From assembly GCA_002794465.1 (NCBI GenBank), contig MTSL01000052.1, positions 1 through 14,564 on the forward strand: a DNA stretch of 14,564 nt, in the 5' to 3' direction. This document shows, one piece after another, positions 1 through 8,958 of this stretch. This DNA is from Paramicrosporidium saccamoebae KSL3 (lineage: Eukaryota > Fungi > Cryptomycota). The position numbers and the translations under genes were made by a program. Position 1 is the stretch's first letter; the number at the start of each line of letters is the position of its first letter. The notes below the pieces were generated by a model that was given only the letters and a program-made list of their open reading frames with translations, was not told the origin of the DNA and searched no databases.

Positions 1-247
1 GTGAGGCTTGAAGGAGCCACAGGATCACGAGGGCGGCAAGGACCAGCACTCCGCCAACTGCGAATGCCCAGCCAGCTGCATTGGCTGCTGCAACCAGCCC
101 GCTAAAGAGGACTACAAGTCCCAGGACGAATTTGATTCCGGGCAGCCATCCTTGCCTCTCCCACAGAGTCTCAATACTGACGATAGCAGTAGCTAGGCCA
201 GCGGCAAAGGCAGCGATGATTGCAAAAACGGTGGCCGTGATATTCAT
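1..247 (-). CDS. Hypothetical polytopic membrane protein, 5' part only (runs off the window start)
   Basis: ATG at 247 (in-frame TAG just upstream), 82 open codons to the window edge: MNITATVFAIIAAFAAGLATAIVSIETLWERQGWLPGIKFVLGLVVLFSGLVAAANAAGWAFAVGGVLVLAALVILWLLQAS. About three hydrophobic segments. Absent from the ORF track because there is no stop in the window. Confidence 0.75.
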   Translation of the reverse strand, partial: MNITATVFAIIAAFAAGLATAIVSIETLWERQGWLPGIKFVLGLVVLFSGLVAAANAAGWAFAVGGVLVLAALVILWLLQAS

Positions 248-619
248 TTCGACGTTGCTGGCGCACTAGCCAAAGGTCGGCTTTTATAGGCGAGACTGAT
301 GCGATCACAATAAAGCGCTTGTGGAATTGCAATGGTGATAAGGCGATAAGATGATAACAAGCTTGATCAGCAAATGAAAATGATCGCCTGCATCAGATGG
401 TCCAAAACGGGAAAATCAAACATTTCATTCCTCAATGACAGGTCCGATAAGAGTCCAGATGGGCTTTAATCATTAGGTCCCCCGCACCCGGTTTTGATTT
501 CGATTATAAATGCAGCCAACTTGCCCACCACGTACGATATTGAGCTGCAATGTCTTTAGACCCCGCGATTGACAACCGGACACTCGATGAGGCTCTGTAT
601 GGTGGCATTTAGTGCGGCT

Positions 620-2470
620 TTATTGTGATGTGCAACTGTTGCTCCTACTAAGTGACTTTTCTCTCTCCTGAAACTCTTTTAGTTTTGACATAATCTCAGG
701 AATCTCCCTATGATAAATATACTTTTCATGATGCACGCATGAAGGAAGATAATCTGGCCTTTTAAAATATACCCAAAGCAGCAGTTGTACATCCCCGGGC
801 TCTACGCAGAGTCTCGCCTTGAGTGATGCTTTTGATGGGAATACCCGCGGGTCTCGCTGAGTTATAAAATCTAGCACTCTGACATTTCCAACACCTGCAG
901 CTACGTTGGCCACCTCGTAGCTGTCATTCACGCACTCGAAAATCCATTTTACACCTTCTGCACCAATACCACTGGAGACGCAAAGCTTCATCAAATCCTT
1001 ATCGGAAAGATGCTGCGGAGCGACAGAATGTAGCCATTGCACATATTGCAAGGGCTGATTCAATAGCTCATTCACAGTGGGCAGGTATTCGGCATTTGCT
1101 GTTTTTTCATATAACCATTGCAAGAGAATCAAAAATTGTGTCCTTTGATTTTGCTCAGTGGCAATATCTACGCCTTCCTGCTGACTCATTGTAATATCCT
1201 TTCTGCAGAGAATCAGAAGCGGATTCCTCTCCATTGCCCAAAGCACAACCTGCCAATCATGTAGTTTGACTGCGGCCTTGACAGTATCTGCATTTAGCTC
1301 GATCCTCCTAGAGTCTACCTCGAATATCGTCTTCTTGGCCCATGCAGCCAGCTCGTGGTGATGCAAAGCGAGAGCGTGTTGACAAAGTTTCTCGAGGGAA
1401 ACAAGTTCAGGGCTAATGGCGTAAATTTTGGCAGCCATATCAAGATGCCAGATGGTTTTAAAATCTGCAATCTCTTCCATATAGGGTTCTGGTAAAAAGG
1501 TTGGGTCGAGAGAATAGCAAAAGTCAAAAACTTTGGCGTGCCCATAAACCATAATGTTTGGGAGACAGTCCTTGGTAGGCCGAAGAGTTGGAGCAGCTGA
1601 ATGCATCCACAAAAGGACCTTTAGGCATCCCCCACTTGCGGCAACAGTAAAATGACCTTGATCCAACGCAATTTCGCGCTTATGGTGGTAGATAACTTTG
1701 AGTGTATCCACCCGATTGCGTGCTACGGCCTCGTGTATTACTTTCGGGATATCTACAATTTCCGGACGGACATATAAGAGAAAGTCAAGAATATCAGGAT
1801 CAGTGATTCCTGAAAACGCGTCCGGGTCGATAAATATATCCACTCCAGTATTGTGCAGGCATTTCAGGGTGTTGACATGTCCGCTGGCGATCAGTCGGCG
1901 TGCAGTTAGATCTTTTACATCGATAGTTATCCCCAGATGTGCCATAATCTTTGCTGCACCAAGCTTTTCAAGTTGTTCCTGGGGCAGTGGGAACAAATCG
2001 TAGTTTCTAAATACGTGCTTGAAACATTCCACATTGTCTGCTCTCAAGACTTCTTCAAGATGCGTCTCCCAGTCCAAAACTGTCCCCTCCCACAGCTTTT
2101 CGTCAAACCAGGACTCGCCGTATGAGAGCGCATAAAACAGATGGTAGTCGCGCAAATGTTTCCAACCAAGAAGCCCAGGTCTCTGAGCAAAGTGTAGGAC
2201 AAGATAATATCTTCCGCGGAGAGCTTCCTTCACAACCTCTAAAAGATTCAATTCGTCAATTTGATCACTCCAAGCCGCGTTCCAAATGTCCAAACTGTTC
2301 TTACCCTCTGTTCGAGCCGTTCGTAGTTCGCTGTTCAGGTCGCTCAAGTTTAAGGGTACGTGATGCTTTAGTTGACAGCAGTACTGTGACCTGAAATCAT
2401 ACGAGGCGCTGCAGTGTTTGGAGACGGTAAACACGCACAGAGCCTGCAGCGTAAGAGTAGGCAACCTCAT
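620..2470 (-). CDS. Secreted ankyrin-like (29-aa helical repeat) protein, 616 aa; tandem paralog of 2714-4720
   Basis: Uninterrupted ATG ORF; signal-peptide-like N-terminus (MRLPTLTLQALCVFTVSKHCSA|S); 29-aa units DQGHFTVAASGGCLKVLLWMHSAAPTLRP and TKDCLPNIMVYGHAKVFDFCYSLDPTFLP; AATAAA overlaps the stop (619-624, minus). Confidence 0.85.
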   Translation of the reverse strand: MRLPTLTLQALCVFTVSKHCSASYDFRSQYCCQLKHHVPLNLSDLNSELRTARTEGKNSLDIWNAAWSDQIDELNLLEVVKEALRGRYYLVLHFAQRPGLLGWKHLRDYHLFYALSYGESWFDEKLWEGTVLDWETHLEEVLRADNVECFKHVFRNYDLFPLPQEQLEKLGAAKIMAHLGITIDVKDLTARRLIASGHVNTLKCLHNTGVDIFIDPDAFSGITDPDILDFLLYVRPEIVDIPKVIHEAVARNRVDTLKVIYHHKREIALDQGHFTVAASGGCLKVLLWMHSAAPTLRPTKDCLPNIMVYGHAKVFDFCYSLDPTFLPEPYMEEIADFKTIWHLDMAAKIYAISPELVSLEKLCQHALALHHHELAAWAKKTIFEVDSRRIELNADTVKAAVKLHDWQVVLWAMERNPLLILCRKDITMSQQEGVDIATEQNQRTQFLILLQWLYEKTANAEYLPTVNELLNQPLQYVQWLHSVAPQHLSDKDLMKLCVSSGIGAEGVKWIFECVNDSYEVANVAAGVGNVRVLDFITQRDPRVFPSKASLKARLCVEPGDVQLLLWVYFKRPDYLPSCVHHEKYIYHREIPEIMSKLKEFQEREKSLSRSNSCTSQ

Positions 2471-2594
2471 CGTTCAGATGCGCACTCTTTGCAATTTACT
2501 AGTTTAATTCTGTCGGTAATTTACTCATTAAGCACATGGCCAAGCATGAGTCTGTTATTAGTCAAATTACGCCAATCGTGACCTTGGATGGCCC

Positions 2595-2623
2595 TGTCGC
2601 GTAGTAAGGGGGATAATACCACG
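2595..2623 (+). repeat. Dispersed non-coding element, short copy (TGTCGCGTAGTAAGGGGGATAATACCACG)
   Basis: Matches 13022-13047 apart from a 3-nt indel region, and the reverse complement of 5653-5678. Confidence 0.8.
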
Positions 2624-2644
2624 TACCAAGTACCAAGCACCAAG
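2624..2644. repeat. 7-bp tandem repeat x3 (TACCAAG TACCAAG CACCAAG)
   Basis: Read directly; abuts the dispersed element. Confidence 0.7.
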
Positions 2645-2713
2645 TCAGATGGGAATCGCTTCACTATTAACCCAGCAACCTATTTACAGTCATTGGACGT
2701 TTATTTCAAGCTC

Positions 2714-4720
2714 CTACTGCATCATGCAACTTTCTTCTAGTCCCGAGGGAATTCCTATGTAATAAGTGCTTTGCGAAGCGCCCCCAATCTCCCGCCCCTC
2801 TTGATAATCCTTAACTTCCTTAATAATCAGTGGATTCAAGTGGTCGCCGCAATGTTCTTGAAGAAACTTCCAGTTTGGGAGGCTGTCAGATATATTCGCA
2901 AATGCCCAAAGCAAAAGCTCTTGACTATTCACTCCTCGGCTTAGTCCAGTTTCAATTTGATGGCTCGATATATGATCAATCTTTTTGCCGTAGGCAGAAG
3001 CCCAATTTAGAAATTCAATATTCCCTGTCGCGACTGCCGCTTCGACCGCGACTTGATTATCCCAAGGATAGTCGGCGGGCCATACGCCATCATCTTTACA
3101 AAGCTCTTCGCCGCCTTTCGGCCACTGGCAAAGAGAGTACATTTCGACTTGAGTGAACCTCCATGGTCCCACGGAAAATGCCCATTGCGCATACTCTGCA
3201 GGCTGGCCATAAAGCTCCTTTACCGTGGGCAGGTATTCGGCGTTTTTTGTCAGATCATACATAAATCTCAGGAGAGCTAACAATTCGGTCCTCTCTTTCT
3301 CAGTTTGCGCACCATCCCTTTGGTTGTGTGTTACCAGTGTCCTACTGGGGCGCATTTTCGGGCTTGTCTCTGCCAACCAGCGCACAAAAAGCCATGCCCG
3401 CGTCCTTATTGCACGATTGTAATCGGCCATTGTCGGCTTTAAGGTCTTGTTATGCACTTTCTTTATCTTGGAACTTGCCCATAAGGCGGCTTTGTAGTCA
3501 CACAATTTCACAGCATGATTATAAAGCAGCTCCAATGGAACCAAACTTGGGTTAATGTCGTAAACTCGAGCAATCATCTTGGGGTGCCACGTGACATTGT
3601 AAAACGCCTCCCATTCCCAATACGACATTGGCAAAAACTTGGAGTCGAGATTATGCAAAAACTTGAACACCTTAACATGCCCATGGATCATAATTTCGGG
3701 GAGACAGTCCTTGGTCGGTCGAATTGCGGGATCAAGAAAATTTGCCCACTGGATAATCTGTACACAGCCTTTGCCGGCCACAAAATTCAACTGTTCTGGA
3801 GTCGGCCGGCCACAATGTCCATATTGATCAAGAATGTGAAGCAGGTCAACTTTGCAATTTTTCAAGGCGTATCTTAGTACCCATTTATGAGCCACAGCGT
3901 TGGGGTTTTTGGACATGACAAGATCAAGGATGTCAGGGTCGACAATCTTTAAGGTTGCCCCTAGATTTGTAAAGAAATTAGGATCATCGTTGGATAACTG
4001 GCGCAAAATGTTAAAATATCCATACTCTGCTAAAATGTGTACGGGGTAACGGGTTTTGCAAACCTTCATATTAACGTGTTCCATAAGATTGGCCGCATCG
4101 TAAATTGCAAGTATGTGTGGTAGCGAGGGCGCTTCCTGAGACTCGAGAGGTAAAAAAATACCGTTTTCTTGAGCGTGCTTGAAAGATTCCACGCTATCTG
4201 CCTTTAGAATTTCTTCGTAATGGGCTCGCCAGGTAAATCCCATTTTGCTCCACAGCTCAAGACGAAACCAAGGCTTGTTACATGCGAATGCATAAAACCA
4301 ATGGTAATCTCGGGGCTGCTTGGAGCGGAGGAATAATTCATGCTGCACACAGAGAAGGATGGTTTTGCAATTATTACGGAGGGCTTCCTTTACAACATTT
4401 TGAAGCTTGGTATCGGCAATTTGATGATTTGCCAAAACTATGTTGGCCGCTTCTGGGATTGACATTTGATTCGCAGCCATTCTTTTCTCTAGTTCATTGT
4501 CCAATTCAAGCATACACATTTTGGGCGCACGAAGCACAAAGTCATTGGCATTATCGGCAACAATTAGTAGTCCCAGACTTGTGCTGGTCGTACTGAGAGC
4601 CTTTAGACGGAATTCCAAGTCTGAAATGCCTGAATCTCCCGAACCTGACGCGACACTGTAGCCAATAGCAAGAACCAGTACGCATAGCGCAGTACAGGAA
4701 AATTGAGGGCAAAATTGCAT
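2714..4720 (-). CDS. Secreted ankyrin-like (29-aa helical repeat) protein, 668 aa; tandem paralog of 620-2470
   Basis: The track start at 4744 is GTG; the first ATG is 4720 (MQFCPQFSCTALCVLVLAIGYSVA|S, signal-peptide-like). Collinear blocks with 620-2470: RDYHWFYA/RDYHLFYA, HYEEILKADSVESFKH/HLEEVLRADNVECFKH, RPTKDCLP, NAEYLPTV. AATAAA at 2700-2705 (minus). Confidence 0.85.
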   Translation of the reverse strand: MQFCPQFSCTALCVLVLAIGYSVASGSGDSGISDLEFRLKALSTTSTSLGLLIVADNANDFVLRAPKMCMLELDNELEKRMAANQMSIPEAANIVLANHQIADTKLQNVVKEALRNNCKTILLCVQHELFLRSKQPRDYHWFYAFACNKPWFRLELWSKMGFTWRAHYEEILKADSVESFKHAQENGIFLPLESQEAPSLPHILAIYDAANLMEHVNMKVCKTRYPVHILAEYGYFNILRQLSNDDPNFFTNLGATLKIVDPDILDLVMSKNPNAVAHKWVLRYALKNCKVDLLHILDQYGHCGRPTPEQLNFVAGKGCVQIIQWANFLDPAIRPTKDCLPEIMIHGHVKVFKFLHNLDSKFLPMSYWEWEAFYNVTWHPKMIARVYDINPSLVPLELLYNHAVKLCDYKAALWASSKIKKVHNKTLKPTMADYNRAIRTRAWLFVRWLAETSPKMRPSRTLVTHNQRDGAQTEKERTELLALLRFMYDLTKNAEYLPTVKELYGQPAEYAQWAFSVGPWRFTQVEMYSLCQWPKGGEELCKDDGVWPADYPWDNQVAVEAAVATGNIEFLNWASAYGKKIDHISSHQIETGLSRGVNSQELLLWAFANISDSLPNWKFLQEHCGDHLNPLIIKEVKDYQEGREIGGASQSTYYIGIPSGLEESCMMQ

Positions 4721-4973
4721 CCCCACCGTTCCGCAATTTGACACGGAATTTGATTGGACGTTACCAATTAATTACTGCCAAACCGTTCACCTTTTTTTGC
4801 GATCGATCAATGGCAAAGTTTTTCCGTCGCAGGCCCATTGTGCTATACTATAATCAGTGTGGGCAACAAAGAGCTGCTGCTTATCCACTGCCCTTTCTTT
4901 ATAGACTCTCCAGCATAGTATAAGTATGTTCAATTACTAGACCGACAGCATTACTCTTTCTCGCCTGGCTCTC

Positions 4974-4996
4974 TGGTAAGCAGATGCTGCTTACCA
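4974..4996. other. Perfect inverted repeat, 10-bp stem and 3-nt loop (TGGTAAGCAG-ATG-CTGCTTACCA)
   Basis: The arms are exact reverse complements; lies in the divergent intergenic region 4721-5732. Confidence 0.7.
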
Positions 4997-5435
4997 ATAC
5001 AGATCGCAATCAAGTCGTACCGCGAATTACGGCCTGTGCCACATACTTTCATAAAACCAACTCACTCATCAACACTCTTCTTTCTCGTCTCCGAATCTCT
5101 TTTTAATACTTGGACAAATTCCAGCACCCATTACTTTATATGTAGCCCCCTGCCAACGTTGACGTGGAGTTAGAGGCGCATCGGGACGTCGAGATGATCG
5201 ATCGAGTTGATATATGGGCAGTAGTTATTTATTTAATCATATTTTGGAAAATTATTAAAAAAATCGTAAATATACTGACGAGCCCCTGAGAAAATGGCAT
5301 CTGTCATTGGTCCCAACCCACATGTGTCCAAGAGCAGATGGTTTCAATCACTTTAATTACTTTCGCCCTCGCGACCGAAATGCAAAGCATCTATAGCAAT
5401 ACTTTATAATTCAACGAATCAGTAGTTTCATCAAA

Positions 5436-5501
5436 GATTGCATTGTGACGTAGAGGTAGAGGATTGATTAGTTGGGTATTTGAGGATGGCTCCCTAGTTT
5501 G
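5436..5501 (+). repeat. Intergenic segment repeated in direct orientation at 14505-14564
   Basis: Shared GATTG-N3-TGTGACGTAG, then a 37-nt block (5465-5501 vs 14528-14564) with 2 mismatches. Confidence 0.85.
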
Positions 5502-5592
5502 GAGAAGGGATATAATCGGGACAATCGATAAAGGATAATGAGATCTTTACCACTTTATGATTATGTTATTTGTGAGGCTATAAATTGGTCGT

Positions 5593-5678
5593 TGGATTGA
5601 CTGAATAGATTCCCTCCTCGTCTCATCTCGCCTCTTCCCGTTTGACAGAGTCCGTGGCATTTTCCCCACTACGCGACA
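5593..5678 (-). repeat. Dispersed non-coding element, longest copy (inverted relative to 13022-13087)
   Basis: Reverse complement aligns to 13022-13087: 42/47 identities, a 20-nt gap, then 18/19. Confidence 0.85.
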
Positions 5679-5732
5679 GCATCACTTCAAAAATACCCTG
5701 GTTTGTGACGTAGGGTAAAAAGTCTTATCACA

Positions 5733-7508
5733 ATGAGACTGTCTCTTGTTGCCTTTTGTCTTTTCTTCTCCCTCGAGCTCGTAACTAGCGCTAGCTTGAG
5801 ACACTCTGGAATCAAACAGCTGCTTCGACGCTTTTCGGAAAAGCTCACCCTGTCTGAATTTGAAGAGGTTGTGGCTGAGGTGATTGAACGTGTGCTTGAG
5901 GGGCAGGTTGAGAGCATTCCTGACATGTCCAATAGAACATCAAAGGAGCGTGCGTGGTACTTTGCCAAGTACTACGGCACTTGTTGGCACAATGCCAGTC
6001 TAGTCTCTAACGAAGAGCTGGAACAAAACCTCTCGTCCGTCTTGGTTGCCGATAACCCCAAAATCTACGAGTTATTGCTGCCGAAACTGTGTGAAATGGC
6101 CTGTCATCCAACTTATTTAACTGCAAGTGAGGCTGTTAAAGTTGCGGAAGAATTGTTCAGTCTGCCTGAATTTTCTACCATGGACGCGCAACAGCCCGCC
6201 GCGTGGCAGATCCTAGAGCTACTGGAGAAGCGTTTTACTCATGATTTCAACCCGGCTTTGGCGATCCGAACCGGTAATCTTGGAACTCTGCAGGATTACA
6301 TTGACGAGAACATTTGGAGACCAAGCTCGATCGCCATCTATCGTGCGATCACTAGTAACGTACCAGAGGTCCTACTCTTTCTCCTGGAAAAAATGGGTAA
6401 AATTCCCGACATTGGAATTCTCAATGAGTTGATTGGGGGAAACCGTCCAGACGCCCTCCAGTTTGTCCGCTCATTACATCCTGACTGGATCCCGAGTCAA
6501 GGCCAAGTTGACCTTGCCGTTGCCAGTGGATACGTCAAAGTTCTGGAATGGTATGCTTCTTTCGCTCCCGAGATGCCTCGACCAAGCACGGCAGCACTAA
6601 ACAAGGCCCATTATAAGAGATGGATTCACATTATCGAATGGTTTCTTATGAGATATCACAGGGACCATCCAGCCTCATTCCGACCCGGTTTTGAGCTAGA
6701 TGCAAGCGACATTTCTACCGCCATTTCGGGTGAAAATATAACTGTTTTAACGTGGCATGCCTCTACCCATCCAGACTGGACATTGAGTCGAGACGAAATT
6801 CATAGCGCAGCATGCAATGGACTAGTGGCCATTCTAGAGTGGTACAGGACTGTCCGTCCATACTGGTCACTAAATGAAGAAAATCTTTACAGCGCAACTC
6901 GTCATGGAAGAGTCGGTATTTTGGAATGGCACAGCTCTGTGCATCAGGGCTGGAAGTTGAGTTCAAATTGTCTCGAGGGTGCCATTCGCTACGGCCAATT
7001 GAGCATTTTGGAATGGTACCAGTCTACCACACCCACCTGGTCATTGAGTCAAGAGGGCATTAATACCGCTGCTGCGCGTGGATACCTGAATGTTTTGGTG
7101 TGGAATGCCAGGGCAAGCCAAGCTACGCCATTGCCGAGCGAGCGGGCTATGAAAAAGGCTCTTTTGCGTAGACGCTGGAGTATTGTCGAATGGTATCTGG
7201 CCAAGTATCGTCAAGATTGCGCAAGCGAGTTGAAGCCTCGTTGGACACTAACACCCGATGATATCGAGGATGTCATTAAGCAAGGATACTTGTCCATTCT
7301 ACAGTGGCACTTATCGATTCATCCCGAATGGGCACCAACTCAGGAAGGAGTCAACCTTGCCGCTGAACATGGACATCTACTCATGTTGGAATGGCAAGAC
7401 TCGGTCAGTCCCATAAAGTTTTCTCCAAGCAAAGTGGCGCTAAACAAGGCGTATCTACACAAACATTGGGAAGTTATTGAATGGGTCACGAATAGACGCA
7501 CTCCATAG
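5733..7508 (+). CDS. Secreted ankyrin-like tandem-repeat protein, 591 aa
   Basis: ATG ORF; signal-peptide-like MRLSLVAFCLFFSLELVTSA|S; ~14 repeats of the form xxxxlxxAxxxGxlxiLeWxxxxxPxWxl from about aa 172 to the C-terminus. Confidence 0.88.
   Translation: MRLSLVAFCLFFSLELVTSASLRHSGIKQLLRRFSEKLTLSEFEEVVAEVIERVLEGQVESIPDMSNRTSKERAWYFAKYYGTCWHNASLVSNEELEQNLSSVLVADNPKIYELLLPKLCEMACHPTYLTASEAVKVAEELFSLPEFSTMDAQQPAAWQILELLEKRFTHDFNPALAIRTGNLGTLQDYIDENIWRPSSIAIYRAITSNVPEVLLFLLEKMGKIPDIGILNELIGGNRPDALQFVRSLHPDWIPSQGQVDLAVASGYVKVLEWYASFAPEMPRPSTAALNKAHYKRWIHIIEWFLMRYHRDHPASFRPGFELDASDISTAISGENITVLTWHASTHPDWTLSRDEIHSAACNGLVAILEWYRTVRPYWSLNEENLYSATRHGRVGILEWHSSVHQGWKLSSNCLEGAIRYGQLSILEWYQSTTPTWSLSQEGINTAAARGYLNVLVWNARASQATPLPSERAMKKALLRRRWSIVEWYLAKYRQDCASELKPRWTLTPDDIEDVIKQGYLSILQWHLSIHPEWAPTQEGVNLAAEHGHLLMLEWQDSVSPIKFSPSKVALNKAYLHKHWEVIEWVTNRRTP
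6246..7505 (+). repeat. Protein-level repeat array (29/30/38-aa units) in the 591-aa protein
   Basis: Conserved Trp at aa 273, 303, 341, 370, 399, 428, 457, 487, 525, 554, 584; spacings 30, 38, 29, 29, 29, 29, 30, 38, 29, 30. Confidence 0.85.
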
Positions 7509-7585
7509 TTTCGTGATAGATACTCGTAAACTCATTAGAAATACACCTTTACATAATCGAAAATGAAAACTATAACGTCTCCAAG

Positions 7586-7607
7586 TGTCGCGTGGGGATG
7601 CAACCAT
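7586..7607 (+). repeat. Degenerate copy of the dispersed element (TGTCGCGT---GGGGATGCAACCA)
   Basis: Shares TGTCGCGT, GGGGAT and ACCA with 13022-13046 after a 3-nt gap; short, so chance is not excluded. Confidence 0.45.
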
Positions 7608-7714
7608 CGACGTATGGGTAATGATTCACCGCACAATTTCCTCCTCGACGAGTCTGTATTTGTCAAAGCTACCCTGGACGCTAATTGGTCCGCCCCAAAC
7701 TCCCCGGTCCGCTG

Positions 7715-7722
7715 TGATTGGT
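7715..7722 (+). promoter_or_regulatory. TGATTGGT (inverted CCAAT-type box); equivalents at 8407-8414, 11961-11968 and 13266-13273
   Basis: The same 8-mer starts 43-55 nt upstream of the ATG of all four membrane-family genes. Confidence 0.6.
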
Positions 7723-7769
7723 GCAACTCCCACAACACTTAAAGGGACGCCTGTGGCCCACAGGCAACG

Positions 7770-8214
7770 ATGAGTGAACTACGCCGCAACTGGATCGCCA
7801 CCTTTTTCTACTCGCTAGTCGCCCTTGGCCAACTCGTAAGAGCGCTGTGCTGATCAGGTTAATATGTAGGCTTTGGTTGTCTATGAGCTGTTTGCTATCC
7901 TCGCCCACGGAATCATCAAGGATTCCTCAGGTGTCGTGCTGACGGCATTTTTGGCCATTCTTCGTCTGGCAGTGGCTGCTGACTTGGCAATGTATGTTTT
8001 CATGGAACCGCAATTGTGGATACAAGTGGCGGGAATGTTGCTGCTAGGAGTACAGGCGGTGCTCTCAGTGTTCTTCTTCCCCCTCCAGGCGACAGTCATA
8101 GCGTTGCTTGCATTATCTCTGGCGCCAATTGAGTGGTCCTACGACTGGGTGTTCAAGCCGCTGCACTATGTACAGCCTCTAGCGCCTGTTGAGCCAACAA
8201 AAGATACCATCTAG
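7770..8214 (+). CDS. Small polytopic membrane protein, 136 aa, join(7770..7835,7870..8214)
   Basis: ATG 7770 MSELRRNWIATFFYSLVALGQL spliced in phase 0 to ALVVYELFAIL...; the unspliced frame hits TGA; identical exon/intron lengths in paralog 8460; AATAAA 8225-8230. Confidence 0.85.
7836..7869 (+). other. Spliceosomal intron, 34 nt
   Basis: GTAAGA...GTTAAT...TAG; removal joins the two reading frames. Confidence 0.85.
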
Positions 8215-8459
8215 ATGGCTGGTAAATAAAAATTTTTGTAGATGCTGTTGAAAAGGACATGATTTCATGCTTCATAATCAGGATTCATAAAGTCATTAGA
8301 AATACCGCAGCACTCTAGAAGTGGTCTACATCTTTCATGTATATGAGGGGATGAACCCTCTCCTGATCCGCAACGGAGCTCGATTCGCCATAGTGTCTTA
8401 CAATTATGATTGGTGCGGGCCTCGCCATTCAAAAAGGCACCTATGGCAGGCGAGCAACG

Positions 8460-8904
8460 ATGAGTGAGCTACGTCGCAACTGGATTGCTACAATTGTATA
8501 CTCACTTGTTGCCGCTATCCATCTTGTAAGAGGGCTGTGCTGGCCGGCTTAATATTTAGATATTTGTCTTCTATGCGCTGTTTGCAATTTTTTACGAGGG
8601 AATCATCAAAGATTTTACAGATGTGGTGTTGTTGATATCGGCGACAATCCTTTATTTGGGAGTGGCTGTTGACTTGACGCTGTATGTGCTATTGAAGCCG
8701 CAGCGGTGGATACAAGTAATGGGGGTGGTGTTGCTAGGGATGGAAGCAGTGTTGGCAGGGTTCTTTAATCCTATTCAGGCAGTAGTGACAGGGCTGATTG
8801 CAGCATCAATGATGCCTGTCCAGTGGACCTACTCCTGGGCATTCAAACCGTTACACTATGCAGAACCTTCAACCGATGTAAAGCCTTTATCCGATGGCAC
8901 CTAA
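8460..8904 (+). CDS. Small polytopic membrane protein, 136 aa, join(8460..8525,8560..8904); tandem paralog of 7770-8214
   Basis: MSELRRNWIATIVYSLVAAIHL|IFVFYALFAIFYEGIIKD...; gap-free alignment to the 7770 protein (MSELRRNWIAT, GIIKD, WIQV, FKPLHY); AATAAA 8918-8923. Confidence 0.85.
8526..8559 (+). other. Spliceosomal intron, 34 nt
   Basis: GTAAGA...CTTAAT...TAG at the same position as in the paralog. Confidence 0.85.
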
Positions 8905-8958
8905 TTGATTCGTGTTCAATAAAAGAGTGTATTAAATGCCGACAAACATGATTTGATG

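Noticed and set aside
4721-4744. ORF-track N-terminal extension of the 676-aa ORF
   Set aside because: It starts at GTG; the ATG at 4720 gives a signal peptide at the expected position.
4738-5175. Small spliced gene in the divergent spacer (GTAAGC..CTTAC..CAG at 4976-5002)
   Set aside because: I could not build a model with a credible ATG and protein; the signals coincide with the hairpin.
2595-5678. A bona fide TIR transposon carrying the 2714-4720 gene
   Set aside because: The inverted ends are real, but the flanks (..GGATGGCCC / GCATCAC..) show no target-site duplication and there is no transposase. Kept only as a hypothesis.
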